A stretch of 63,650 bases of DNA, counting the filler, from Octopus bimaculoides (taxonomy: Eukaryota), in NCBI RefSeq assembly GCF_001194135.2. It is 4 parts of 4 records of this genome, joined end to end, with 100 filler letters (N's around TTAATTAATTAA, not from the genome) between each part and the next. Parts side by side here need not be neighbours in the genome. Positions count along the whole stretch, not along the records: positions 1 to 12,831 come from NC_068983.1; positions 12,932 to 36,337 come from NC_068982.1; 2 more parts are not named here. One strand, written 5' to 3'. This document shows positions 12,500 to 25,091 of the stretch, piece by piece. Numbering within the stretch: the stretch's first letter is position 1; the number at the start of each line of letters is the position of its first letter. The translations under genes and the position numbers were made by a program. The notes beneath the pieces are model-generated. The model worked only from the letters and a program-made list of their open reading frames with translations, did not search any database and was not told the origin of the DNA.

Positions 12500-12715
12500 T
12501 AAATGAGAGAGACGGAAGATGGAAGATACGAAAATTTTTATTGATCAGTACAATAGTTTCCATCTATCTGGTTTAGGAGTATCATTCGGTGTAGATGTGT
12601 CTCTTCAAGTGATTACAATATGGATCTTGTTAAAATAAACGACTGTTCCGCAAGATATATTCACGGTTTGTGTATAGACAGCAGCAAATTAAGGGCTACA
12701 TCATTTTTTATCGAT
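12500..12715 (-). mobile_element. Repeat homologous to 58690-58950; probable Penelope-like 3'/pLTR fragment
   Basis: Minus 'gacacatctacaccgaatgatactcctaaacc...ttccatcttccgtctctc' aligns with plus 'gatacatctgcaccgctggatgctcctgaacc...ttccatcttctgtctttc'; 'AEQSFI' resembles a GIY-YIG terminal helix. Confidence 0.4.
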
Positions 12716-12759
12716 CAATATATATATACATTATTTACGTATGCATGCATGTATGTATG

Positions 12760-12831
<72 letters not shown>

Positions 12832-12931
12832 NNNNNNNNNNNNNNNNNNNNNNNNNNNNNNNNNNNNNNNNNNNNTTAATTAATTAANNNNNNNNNNNNN
12901 NNNNNNNNNNNNNNNNNNNNNNNNNNNNNNN
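12832..12931. other. Artificial assembly spacer 44N-TTAATTAATTAA-44N
   Basis: Exactly 100 bp; the palindromic 12-mer has stops in all six frames; identical spacers at 36338 and 60085. Confidence 0.92.
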
Positions 12932-13046
12932 GATATTTACTTTACTTTATATTATACTTATTTATTGTGCTTTTAATTATTAATTTTTCTATATGTGATA
13001 GTGGATTTTCATCGATGAGTTCTTGAAAATTGGTTATTTTCCCTAA

Positions 13047-13083
<37 letters not shown>

Positions 13084-13086
<3 letters not shown>

Positions 13087-13625
13087 GGGGTTTCTAAAGT
13101 TACTATTCAGTTAGGTTGAAAACAATGCTATGATACAGTTGCTGAGGTGTATGTAAGAAGCTCAAAGAAATCAATTTGCTGTGGTAGTTCAGAAATCGAT
13201 TTTAAATGAACAACACTACATAAAAAAACTTACAAAACTCAATATGAAATTTTACGTTCCGCATCTATTTCACGAACTTCTGGTGAATGATCCTGATTGC
13301 AAATCTCAATTGTGCGAACAGTTTGCAAGTCAAAGGAAGCCAAGAAGTATTGAAGGTGTTTGGCAGTTCATTATCGATATTTTTGCTAATCTTGATCCAG
13401 ACTTGTGTACCAAAGTTTGCCAGTTTGCTTTCACATTGTTGAGAACACATTGAAGGTAATGGCTTACAATTTGAACATTTATCATAACTGTAGTAAATGA
13501 AATTGATTGCCTAAATCGTTAAAATTTTTTGTGACGAAATACATATATTTTCTGAAAATCTTTTTAGTGTAACCATGATATTTCTTTATTAGAAATAACT
13601 GTATAATAACTTTATGGACATCCTG
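13084..13625. mobile_element. Non-autonomous Tc1/mariner-type element
   Basis: Imperfect 30-bp TIRs (cagggggtttctaaagttactattcagtta / revcomp caggatgtccataaagttattatacagtta), TA on both sides. Confidence 0.7.
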
Positions 13626-13914
13626 TATATTATATAAATATATATATGTATGCATGTATGTATGTATCGTAAATGGACTGTTAGCAATTTCTCCTTATTT
13701 TTCCTTCTTTCTCTTTGGACTTTCCAAAGAAGAGCTATGCGCGAAACATTAACAATTATTCTTTCCCTTCACCAAGTTTCAAATTAGTAAGTTACTTGTG
13801 CGCATCCTCACGTTCGCTTTTTTTTTTTCTTTTTTTCTCTGTTTTGAATTATGTTTCTTTGCATTGACTATATATATTGTATATATTATATACATATATA
13901 AATTATATATATTC

Positions 13915-14270
13915 TTTTGCTTGTTTCAATCATTTGACTGCAGCCATGCAGGAGCGCCGCCTTTAGTTAAACAAATCAATCCCAGGACTTATTCTGTGTA
14001 AACCTAGTACTTATTCTATCGGCTTCATTTGCTGGTTATAAGGATGTAAACACACCAAGATCAGTTGTCAAGTGATGGTGTGAGAGACAAATACAAACAT
14101 ATACACACATACATAATATATATGACGGGCTTCTTTCAGTTTCCATCTACAAAATCCACTCCAAGGATTTAGTCAACCCAAGGCTATAGTAAAAGACACT
14201 TGGCATAGGTGCCATGTATTTGGACTGAACCAGGAACCACATGGTTGGGAAGCAAGCTTCTTACCACACC
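13915..14270 (-). mobile_element. SINE family B, full length, minus strand
   Basis: Reverse complement of head (gtggtaagaagcttgcttcccaaccatgtggttcc), body and tail. Confidence 0.8.
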
Positions 14271-14280
14271 TTATATATCA

Positions 14281-14348
14281 TCATCATCATCATCATCATT
14301 GTCGTTGTCGTTTAACGTCCGCTTTCCATGCTAGCATGAGTTGGACGA
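14281..14348 (-). mobile_element. RTE LINE 3' terminus stub (cut by gap)
   Basis: (cat)n + cgtttaacgtccgctttccatgctagcatg, same terminus as 49386 and 55912. Confidence 0.75.
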
Positions 14349-15104
14349 NNNNNNNNNNNNNNNNNNNNNNNNNNNNNNNNNNNNNNNNNNNNNNNNNNNN
14401 NNNNNNNNNNNNNNNNNNNNNNNNNNNNNNNNNNNNNNNNNNNNNNNNACAAATGTTAAGGCAAGGCAAACATCTCAAATCATATACATTATTATTATCG
14501 AAAAAAAATTCAAAGTCTTAGAGGTGGGATATACTGTCATCAGAGACAAAAACAGAAAATGAGAAGGGTATAGATTAATGAAATGACAACATAGAGGACA
14601 GGAGTAAAGGAATAAGGATATGAAGAAAGAGAAGAAAAAAGAAGCATAAAAGTTCACAGTTCAACTTTCCAATCTTGTAGAAAGAAGTCTACAAGTCCTT
14701 AGGTGCAATACCGTGTAAATCCATGTGGGTTAAAGTTCTGATAGTGTAAATATCCAGAAAAAAGATGTGAACATATCAATGTTCAATAACAGAATGGTAG
14801 CAGAGGTGGCTATTAAGTGGTAAAAAGAAAGAAAAGTAAATAAATAGGAGAGGTAGATAGAGTGAGGGAAGAAGTTAAGGATTGGCATTAAGGATAAAGT
14901 AAGGTATATAAAAATATAGTGTCTAAGAATATAGTGTACAAAGATAGCCAAGAAGATAAGAGAGGATGAGGAAGTAAAGGAAGATAACATAAAAAAAAAC
15001 AAAATAAAAAAAATAGAACAAAATGAAAGGAATTTAAAGAGAATAGTAGGTGTCAGTAGCATTCTTCTAGTCTATAGGAGTTGGGGTGGAAATCTAGTAG
15101 TAAA

Positions 15105-16003
15105 TAGTTGTGTCTGTTTGGACCAAGAAAAACAGACTACAATTTCTAAGTGTCTGAGGCAGGTAGTGCATGAAGACATTCAGTATTTCTCATACAAGAT
15201 GAGAAACGGGCCAATTTTTATCTCAAGCCATCAAGGACAAGAGGAAAGAATGTGCTACAAAGCTTTTGAACAAACTCAACCGAACATGTTTTGGTTTTTC
15301 TCAGATGCAAATAATTTCTGCCAGGATTAGATGGTGAACACAGAACAGAACAACTGTTGGCTTGCCATGTCCCCAAAACATGTACTGAGAGTGATAAAAA
15401 TCAAACATCCAGTCAACATCATGGTATTTGGAGTGATCACTAGTGATGGCAACATTATTCCTCCATTCATTTTCCCACACAGCCTCAGATTCAGCAAAGA
15501 GGCCTACATCAAATGCCTAGTGGAGGTAGTGCTGCCCTGCGTCAAGTGGGTGGCTGCTGGAAGACCCTATGTCTGGCAACAGGACTCTGCACCATGCCAT
15601 ACAAGCAGGAGAATCCAATCATGGCTGTCAGACAATTTCTGCGACTACATCATCTCTAACATCTGGAAACCTAACTCCCCAGACTGCAAACCCTTGATTA
15701 TTATGTGTTGGGTACAGTAGAGTGACAGACCAACAAAACTCCTTGTAATGCCAAAGAAGAACTGAACACAAGGATTATGGCAGCATTCACCAACTTAAAC
15801 AAAAAGGCCATCCAGAAGAGTTGCAGGAGATTACGAAATCATCTGGAGGTTGTGGTTGAAGCCAATAGTGATTTTATTGAATACATTCACTCTTTAGCAT
15901 TTCAAGATATTTTAAAGTAATTTTGGTAAACATATCTGTTAAAATGAGATGTCAGTGTTAATTTCATTTTTCTGTAACTTAGACGACAATTTACCCATCG
16001 TGC

Positions 16004-16005
<2 letters not shown>
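15105..16005 (+). mobile_element. Tc1/mariner-superfamily transposase relic (maT/DD37D-like)
   Basis: 'FSDANNFCQD', 'YVWQQDSAPCHTS', 'PNSPDCKPL/DYYV', 'LEVVVEANSDFIE*'; disrupted. Confidence 0.8.
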
Positions 16006-16076
<71 letters not shown>

Positions 16077-16417
16077 ATAAATATATATATATATATATAT
16101 ATACATATATATTTACAGTTTTCTTGTACCTACCTAATAATAAACTAAACATATTATTCCTTCTATCTTCCAGCCTTTAATTAATCAAATATTTTACTTT
16201 GTTTTTTTCCCTTCTTGGTAGAATGCTTTAATACTTTTAGTTATAAATTCACTTGACTTATTATTTAGCATAGTATTTTGACTTCACACCCCTCTAAGAC
16301 TATAATCTGCACATTTTCTATCTAGCCCAATTTACTTGTTCATTTAATAACTTATTTATTACCCCCCCCCCTGACTTTCTATTAATTTTCATTTTTGGTT
16401 CTATCTCTACCTATAGA

Positions 16418-16790
16418 GTGGAGGGCAGTGGTTAGGGCAGCGGACTCGTGGTCATAGGATTGCGGTTTCGATTCCCAAACCTGGCGTTGTCAGTGTTTAT
16501 TGAGCGAAAACACCTAAAGCTCCATCAAGCTCCGGCAGGGGATGGTGGCGAACCCTGCTGTACTCTTTCACCACAACTTTCTCTCACTCTTACTTCCTGT
16601 TTCTGCTGTGCCTGTAATTCAAAGGGTCAGCCTTGTCACTGTATCACGCTGAATATCCCTGAGAACTACATTAAGGGTACACGTGTCTGTGGAGTGCTCA
16701 GCCACTTGCATGTTAATTTCACGAGCAGGCTGTTCCGTTGATCGGATCAACTGGAACCCTCGACGTTGTAAGCGACGGAGTGCCAACAAC
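16418..16790 (+). mobile_element. SINE family C with small head deletion
   Basis: Aligns to 2859-3250; flanking repeat ctacctata at 16407-16415 and 16790-16798. Confidence 0.88.
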
Positions 16791-18323
16791 TACCTATATA
16801 TACATACTATATTTACAATGTACTTTTACCTATCTCCTAGCAAGCATAATAATTCTTCGGTATTTCCCTCTCTTTAAACGTATTGCTATTTCACGTACAA
16901 TAATTTTTACGTTTTTTCTTTATCTATTTACATGAATGTTTACATTCACTAGGACTCATTTTTTGTATGTCCCTAATTTAGATTGGTCCTATTTCTTCAT
17001 TAGCTCTTCACCTCTAAATTAAATTAATTGTACTATATGAACGAAACCTGTAGCTATTTTCTAACTCGCTATAAATAACACTTATTCATTCCTACCTGGT
17101 TTCACTTTGGTATGTCCCTAATTTAGATTATTCCCATCTATTCTTTAGCTCTTCATCTCTATATCAATACCTACTTCCAGTTTTGAGGGTTTTATATTTA
17201 ACTATTTAAATAATTTTATCAATAAGTTTTAATTTAACTTGTTGAATTGACCCATACATATTTCAGCCCATATTATTAATTTTATTAGCATATTTTTATT
17301 CCCTTTAATTCTTATTTATTTATTTATGTTAGATACTATATCTTCTTACCTGAACCTCTTAACATATTTACATCCAATAGGGAAAGCTGTATGTCTGAAA
17401 TCTTAAAATTTTTGTCAAATAGTCCTTTATCTTTATTTGTCTAGCTCAATAATAAATTTTTAAGAGGTGAAAGGTAATATTTTAAAAGTTTTTATTCATT
17501 TATTTTTTTTCTCTATTTTCACACTTTACTATTTTGTTTTATTTTACTTTAGTCTTGTTTTTATTTTATAATTTTTATGAACCCTAACATTAAATTAATA
17601 TTCTTATTAGTCTTTTAAACCGTTTGATATTTATAAGAAGTAATAGATTACCTGGAATGTTCTCCACCTTAATCAAATATTAATAATAACTATACACACT
17701 TGAATTAAACTCTACATACTCTTTACTCTTTTACTCTACATACTAATTTTCTATTGATTTAATATGGATAGACATAATATCATAATATGACATTTTTACC
17801 AATTATATCTACTTGAGTTTTTTTATGCTTAACACTCTAAATGAATGTATTGTTCTATTCGTACTTTACAACTCCAGTATACACAACCTTACCCCACTTT
17901 TAAGGTCTATACCTTGATTTATACTATGTTCTTTATATTTAAATTTTATCAGTTAATGGTTTGCAGCCATTTACTCAACATGCAGGAATTGAACACCTAT
18001 TTTGTATACCTTAAACTCCCTCTGAAGAGATTCAACAGTCGAATAATTTTTAATTTAATTAATTAATTTTCTGAAGGGCTGGAATTGAAACAGCTGTAAA
18101 GGGTGTTTGTCAATTTTTTAATTAATAAGTGATAATTTATCAATTACCTCTCTATTTTCTCATCTCAATATAATAAATAAATATATATAAACCACAGTTT
18201 ATATAGTTACCTTGCAGTTGAGTATTATCTGTAATGTTCAACATTCGCTGTAGAGGTAACTAACCAGCACTTTCATAGGATTTTGCTATCCCTTTATGAG
18301 GTTTGTAAGCTTTATTTGTGCTT

Positions 18324-18357
<34 letters not shown>

Positions 18358-18362
18358 TACAT

Positions 18363-18671
18363 AGGCACAGTCATGGCTGTGTGATAAGAAGCTTGCCTCC
18401 TAACCACATGGTTCCGGGCTCAGTCCCAGTATGTGGCACCATCAGCAAGTGTTTTCTTCTATAGCCTTGGGGCGACCAAAGTCTTGTGAATGGATTTGAT
18501 AGATAGAAACTGAAAGAAGCCTATTATATATATACATATATATATATGTATGTATGTGCTTGTGTGTCTATATTTGTACTCCCAACATCGCTTGACAACC
18601 GATGTTGGTGTGTTTATGTTCCCATAACTTAAGGGTTTGTCAAAAGGGAGTGCTCCAGCATAGTTGCAGTC
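18363..18671 (+). mobile_element. SINE family B, tail interrupted by the 3' end of a CR1-group LINE
   Basis: Head to 'gtgctccagcatagttgcagtc', then directly the opposite-strand LINE tail. Confidence 0.8.
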
Positions 18672-21600
18672 TTTACTGGTTTCAGCCCAAAGCTAAGGTC
18701 ATGCTGGTGCACCACATGTAGTTACTCAGTGTTGTTTCCAGTATTGTTTTTGGTGAAGTAGTGATTTGGAAGGAGCTGCTCTTCTTTGCATCTCCTACTG
18801 CGATGTGGGTTCATCTGGTTTCTCAGATAGAAACTTGTCCAAACGTTCCTTGAAAACTTCCACATCAATACCGTGTAAATCTCTAAGGTTGCCTGGCAGG
18901 ATGTTGAATGATTGCAGGCTCTTGAAACCAAGACTAATGCAGTACTGTGTCCTTATTTTAGACAGGCAAGACGAGACTTTTGATATGATGCAGTGCCGGC
19001 CAGTTCGAGGATTGGTATAGTTGTCAATTCCAAAATTGGGAATCAAATCCTCCAAGAGCTTCCAAATATATATCACTGCCTATCTCTCTCATCTTCTCTC
19101 TAGGGAGTAGAGACTCAGCTCCTTTAGCCTCTCCCAGTAGCCCATCTTTTGCATCGAGTCAATCTTATTTGTGTATTGGCTCTGGATTTCTTTGAGTTCC
19201 ACAGTTTGTTTCACACTCTCTGAAGACCATAGTTAGGAGCAGTAGTTCAAGTGGTTGAGAACAAAAGTCCTTCATAGGAGTAGCAGAGCCTCGCTTTTCC
19301 TGGTTCTGAATGTCCTCTGAATCCATCCAGTCACTCATGTGCACAGTGATAACATCTTGGAAATATGCACATGGAATGTTGCATCATTGCTCATGTGAAC
19401 CCCCAGGTCACGCACCAATTCTGACTCTGGAATCGTATTGCCTTCTGGTCCAGTGTATTTTGATTTCAGCCTAGTGTTGGGCTGATAGTGGAGTGTCTGA
19501 AATTTCATCACATTGAACTGCATGTTATTCTTGTTAGCCCTTTTGTATATTTCATTCAGATATTTCTGCAGTTTTATGATGTCCTCTGGGTTCCTTACTG
19601 CTTGCAATACTTTTGTGTTGTCAGCACAACAACTGGTCAGATTGGCTGACTCTACTGCAGAGAGCATGTCTGAGAGGGCCACCACAAATAGTTGTAGTCC
19701 CAGTACAGTTCCCTGTGGGATTCCGCTGAGAATTGATGTCTTTTCCGAGTGAGCACCATTGGCTACAACTGCCGGACTCTTACTCTTCAGAAAATCATGC
19801 AACCACTCTCCCAGTTTCCCAGTAATATCAAGGTTTTGCAGCTTGTGCATATCATGCCATGATCAATCTTGTCAAAGGCCTTGGCAAAGTCGAGGTATAT
19901 CACATCTACAGCTGTTGTTTCACTACCCAGTCAAAGTGCAGTAGCAGCTGCGTGAGGCAGCTCCTCTTTGGACAGAAGCCATGTTGGGTGTTTGTGAGAA
20001 GGTTGTTTTCTTCTCGGAACGTGATCAGCCTTTTCTGAAGTGTTCCATTGTCTTGCTAACATGTAAGGTCAAAGAGATGGGCCTGTTGTTTTTAACATCT
20101 GCTCTTCTCCCTCCTTTATGGACAGGGCATATTATACTTGCTTTTAGCATGTTGGGAAATTTACCACATACAAGGCAACTCTATGAGGGTATCTGCAGTG
20201 GCTTTGCAAGAGCCTGTTGCTAAGTTTGATCTCATCTCATCAATGGCCAATATTACATCCTCTTCTGTTATGTTGATGTAATCAATGGTTGCCTCTTTTT
20301 CGAATAGATACGTTACATCGAAAAACTCCTGAGGCTTGTTTATTTGCATATTTTCCAGTAGAGAAGTGAAAACGCTTTGGAATTGTTTATTTAGTGCTTC
20401 ACTTATCTTCCCCGGGTCTGCAGTTACCAAATAGTGGCCTCGTCTTATAGCATACTGAAGCAGACTCCTTTGCCAACGTGTAGAAGGCTATATTTTCGAC
20501 TACCCAGGTTTCTCTTCCTTTTTCATGGAAGATTTTGAGTTTATTTTCAATCTCGAAGAGTTCCTCTGTCAGGTGGGATTTCACACTGTCATTGAGGTGT
20601 TTGTTTAAATGATTCAATAGCTTTATTTTCCACCACATGAATATTCTCCTGTCTCAGGGAATGATATTTTTGTGTGTATTGGCTCTCTTCTCTAGGAAAT
20701 ATTCAATGCATATGGCTCACATTATTGATATAAATTTCTTGAGTTTCATATCTGTCTTGCATAGAGAGGCTTTTAGGCCAGTCCTGCTGGAGTATCTGTC
20801 TTTCAAGTAACTTCCAATCAGCTTTATAAAAATTTAGGCTGGTATCCAGCCATCTGTGTGAAGTTTATCATTAGTTAATTACGGACCATACATTGTCAGT
20901 TCTATCATGTTATGATCTGAGAATATCGTTGGTGATATATTTACGTTGTGGATAATTTCCACATTGTTTGTAAAACAGAGATCCAGGATATTTTTGTGCC
21001 TGGTTAGAGAGTATGATCTGCTCAATGAATAGCATTTCCATAAGATCAAGTAGAGATTATGCTTGATTTCGCTCTTTGTGCATCATTCCTGGGGTTATGT
21101 TGCCCTCAGGCAACCTGATGTTGGGGAAGTCGAAGTCACTCATCAAGAAGTACATTGATCCAACTGTATTACTACTTCCTTTATTGCACTGAGGCTTTCC
21201 TTGTGTTTTTCATCATGATTTGAGGTATCAGGTGGGTGATATAGTGTGCATATCACTATATCAAGTTGCTTTAGATGAACTGAGTGTCTCACATACGGAG
21301 TTCAAGTTCGATATCAAAGTTAATGGTGTGACATTTTTGCGGATCTACATTGCAACTCCACTGTGACTTCTTTTTCTTGTCTGTACGGAAGATAGCATAC
21401 ATTGGTGTGTGCATCTCCATGTCATTCATGTCTGCAGATAGCTGTGTTTCTTTAAGTGCAATGCATATAGCTTGACTGTATGCAGAAAGATTTTTCTGGT
21501 GTGCAATTTTGCCTTTGCTGTTGTTCTGTAGCAGGCCTCTTATATTTATTAGTAGAAATGGCATTGGTGTTGGTGGGATGGGTAGCTTGGAAGCAGTGGT

Positions 21601-22600
21601 GGCCAACCAGGTTCTATCAATTGTGGTGGTCTTGTGTGCAAGGGTATATAGCTCAGCTTTGTCTGTAACCATAACTGTTGCATTATTTCCTGTGCCACAC
21701 TTGTTGCTCAACCATGGCAGCTTGTACTGCATCTGTATATGACTTCTGTCTGGCTTTCTTTTTTGCAGATTTGTGCTGGGATATAGATTTTTCCAAGTGT
21801 GATTGTTTCTTTCATTGGGTGAGTGATGGATTCTGCTCCAGTGCCAGGTGCACAAAGCGGCAGTTTTTCCCATTATCTCCATGCCAGCAGGCACCTGTTT
21901 TGTGGAACTTGCAGATAGACCTTTTTCTCTGAGAGGGTTTGATTTGGATTTTTATTTTAGAACCATTTTCACTTGGGTTTTGTCTAGTTTCTTCCTTTTC
22001 TACTTTTACATTGCTGCTTTGGGAGGTGTTGGGACTGTGGTTGTTTGCGCTTTTCTAGTTTCCTTCCTTGTTGAGCTTTTTATTTTTGGTGTCAATGTTG
22101 CCACTGCTTTCTGTGTGAGGTTTCTCACAGGTAGTGTCATAATTTTTTTCACCACTTTGATGTCCAGTTTTTCCAGGGTAGCCGTACAAGCACATAAGAT
22201 CAGATGAACTCATTCTTCTTCCGCTTTATTTGTGCCACAGATCTGAAGAAACCATTGCTCTTCAGGGCAGTTGTAACTAAATTATTTGGCAAATTACTTT
22301 CTGCGATTTCTCAATCATGTAGGAGCAATCCTATCTCTGTAGACTTCCAATTTCTTGTCATCTTCCTTGTGGTGTGTGGCTGTGGTTGCGTGCAGTTGGT
22401 TTTTTAGGGCAAATATAGAAAGAGCAGAGGTGTGATGGGAGAATGAGCACAGGGGAGTGGGAATAAGTTGAGTAGGTGAGGGGGGAATCAAGCTGAGGGA
22501 AGGAAGACACCAAAGAGGTGATGGGGAAAATGCCAGGGGATAGACAGGAAAGTTGAGGCAGAGAAGGGGGAACAAAGAGAAGATTGAGAGGGAGACAATA
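18672..22600 (-). mobile_element. Near-full-length CR1-group LINE (ORF1 with CCCH finger, APE + RT), disrupted
   Basis: APE 'LLINIRGLL..ETQL..YAIFRTD'; RT 'IYLDFAKAFDKIDH' (19859-19900), 'GIPQGTVLG', 'RDLGVHMSND'; ORF1 'ICKFHKTGACWHGDNGKNCRFVH' (about 21850-21915); many stops and frameshifts. The 5' boundary is approximate. Confidence 0.85.
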
Positions 22601-22618
22601 TATCTATATTTATATATA

Positions 22619-22945
22619 AGAGTGGCTGTGTGGTAAGTAGCTTGCTTACCAAACACATGGTTCCGGGTTCATTCTCACTGTGTGGCACCTTGGGCAAGTG
22701 TCTTTTACTATAGCCTCGGGCTATATGTGTGTGTGTGTNNNNNNNNNNNNNNNNNNNNNNNNAACATTGCTTGACAACCGATGCTGGTGTGTTTACATCC
22801 CCGTAATTTAGCGGTTCGGCAAAAGAGACTGATAGAATAAGTACTAGGCTTCCAAAGAATAAGTCTTGGGGTCGATTTGCTCGACTAAAGGCGGTGCTCC
22901 AGCATGGCCACAGTCAAAACGACTGAAACAAGTAAAAGAGAGAAA
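22619..22945 (+). mobile_element. SINE family B, full length
   Basis: gtggctgtgtggtaagtagc...ggttccgggttc (A/B boxes); tail ggtgctccagcatggccacagtcaaaacgactgaaacaagtaaaaga. Confidence 0.88.
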
Positions 22946-23367
22946 AAGAGTATATATATGTACACACACACACATATATATGTATATCTATATATAAGTA
23001 TAGTTAATGAAACAGATCAGAAAAGAAGTACACTCTAAAGGATACAGCAGTAATTATTAAAGCAAAAAGTTAAATTCTGGTCATAAAGTTACCAAAGGTT
23101 TCATATCCACAAAAGCTACAGTCTTGTGGACAGCTTGTTAGACTCTATACAAAGACAAAAAAAATTAAACTTTCTACCACGTGGTTGTGAGGAAACACTC
23201 GGATATTGAGATTTAATGGCTAATATATAAAAACGTTAATGAGGATGGGTTATCTCTCCTGGACCAGAGGATAAAAATATATACGTACACACATGTACAT
23301 ATATATATATATAGCTATCTACCTATCTATATACACACACACACATATATTTCATCATCATCATTGA

Positions 23368-24371
23368 AATGAGTACAGTAATGAATTCCGGGTAGAGGTA
23401 GGGGTCCACCAAGGTTCTGTCCTCAGCCCCCTCCTATTTATCATAGTCCTCCAGGCGATCACAGAGGAATTCAAGACAGGATGTCCCTGGGAGCTCCTCT
23501 ATGCTGATGACCTTGCACTAATTGCGGAGTCACTATCAGAACTAGAGGAAAAGTTTCAGGTGTGGAAGCAAGGACTAGAATCGAAGGGCCTTAGAGTCAA
23601 CCTAGCTAAAACCAAAATCCTAATAAGTAGGAAGGCAGATAAAACACAAACCCCTTCAGGTAGATGGCCCTGCTCAGTAAGTAGAAATGGAGTAGGTAGT
23701 AACTCTATAAGATGTACCCAGTGCAAGCTATGNNNNNNNNNNNNNNNNNNNNNNNNNNNNNNNNNNNNNNNNNNNNNNNNNNNNNNNNNNNNNNNNNNNN
23801 NNNNNNNNNNNNNNNNNNNNNNNNNNNNNNNNNNNNNNNNNNNNNNNNNNNNNNNNNNNNNNNNNNNNNNNNNNNNNNNNNNNNNNNNNNNNNNNNNNNN
23901 NNNNNNNAGCCATGCTACATGGCAGTGAAACATAGGCTGTGACTGCTGAGGACATGCGTAAGCTCGCAAGGAATGAAGCCAGTATGCTCCGCTGGATGTG
24001 TAATGTCAGTGTGCATACCCGACATAGTGTAAGTATCTTGAGAGAAAAGCTGAACATAAGAAGCATCAGTTGTGGTGTGCAAGAGATGCGATTGCGCTGG
24101 TATGGACATGTGGTGAGAATGGACGAGGATAGCTGCGTGAAAAAGTGCCACACCCTAACAGTTGAGGGAACGCGTTGAAGAGGTAGGCCCAGGAAGACAT
24201 GGACTGAGGTGGTGAGGCAAGAACTTCGAACATTTGGCCTCACCGAGGCGATGACTTCTGACTGAGACCTTTGGAAATGTGCTGTGCGTGAGAAGACCCG
24301 GCAAGCCAAGTGAGACCTAAATCCAAGGCCTCTGCCAGGGGTGTAGCCAGCCCACTCATGCGTACCTTTCC
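23368..24371 (+). mobile_element. RTE-clade LINE, 5'-truncated (RT core to 3' UTR)
   Basis: 'GVHQGSVLSPLLF...WELLYADD' (YADD 23500-23511), 'KTKILIS', Cys-rich insert, 'RLRWYGHVVRM', 'RGRPRKTW'. Confidence 0.9.
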
Positions 24372-25091
24372 NNNNNNNNNNNNNNNNNNNNNNNNNNNNN
24401 NNNNNNNNNNNNNNNNNNNNNNNNNNNNNNNNNNNNNNNNNNNNNNNNNNNNNNNNNNNNNNNNNNNNNNNNNNNNNNNNNNNNNNNNNNNNNNNNNNNN
24501 NNNNNNNNNNNNNNNNNNNNNNNNNNNNNNNNNNNNNNNNNNNNNNNNNNNNNNNNNNNNNNNNNNNNNNNNNNNNNNNNNNNNNNNNNNNNNNNNNNNN
24601 NNNNNNNNNNNNNNNNNNNNNNNNNNNNNNNNNNNNNNNNNNNNNNNNNNNNNNNNNNNNNNNNNNNNNNNNNNNNNNNNNNNNNNNNNNNNNNNNNNNN
24701 NNNNNNNNNNNNNNNNNNNNNNNNNNNNNNNNNNNNNNNNNNNNNNNNNNNNNNNNNNNNNNNNNNNNNNNNNNNNNNNNNNNNNNNNNNNNNNNNNNNN
24801 NNNNNNNNNNNNNNNNNNNNNNNNNNNNNNNNNNNNNNNNNNNNNNNNNNNNNNNNNNNNNNNNNNNNNNNNNNNNNNNNNNNNNNNNNNNNNNNNNNNN
24901 NNNNNNNNNNNNNNNNNNNNNNNNNNNNNNNNNNNNNNNNNNNNNNNNNNNNNNNNNNNNNNNNNNNNNNNNNNNNNNNNNNNNNNNNNNNNNNNNNNNN
25001 NNNNNNNNNNNNNNNNNNNNNNNNNNNNNNNNNNNNNNNNNNNNNNNNNNNNNNNNNNNNNNNNNNNNNNNNNNNNNNNNNNNNNNNNNNN

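Noticed and set aside
16800-18010. Possible coding relic in a strand-biased AT-rich block
   Set aside because: Short open stretches only; no identifiable RT, transposase or host motif.
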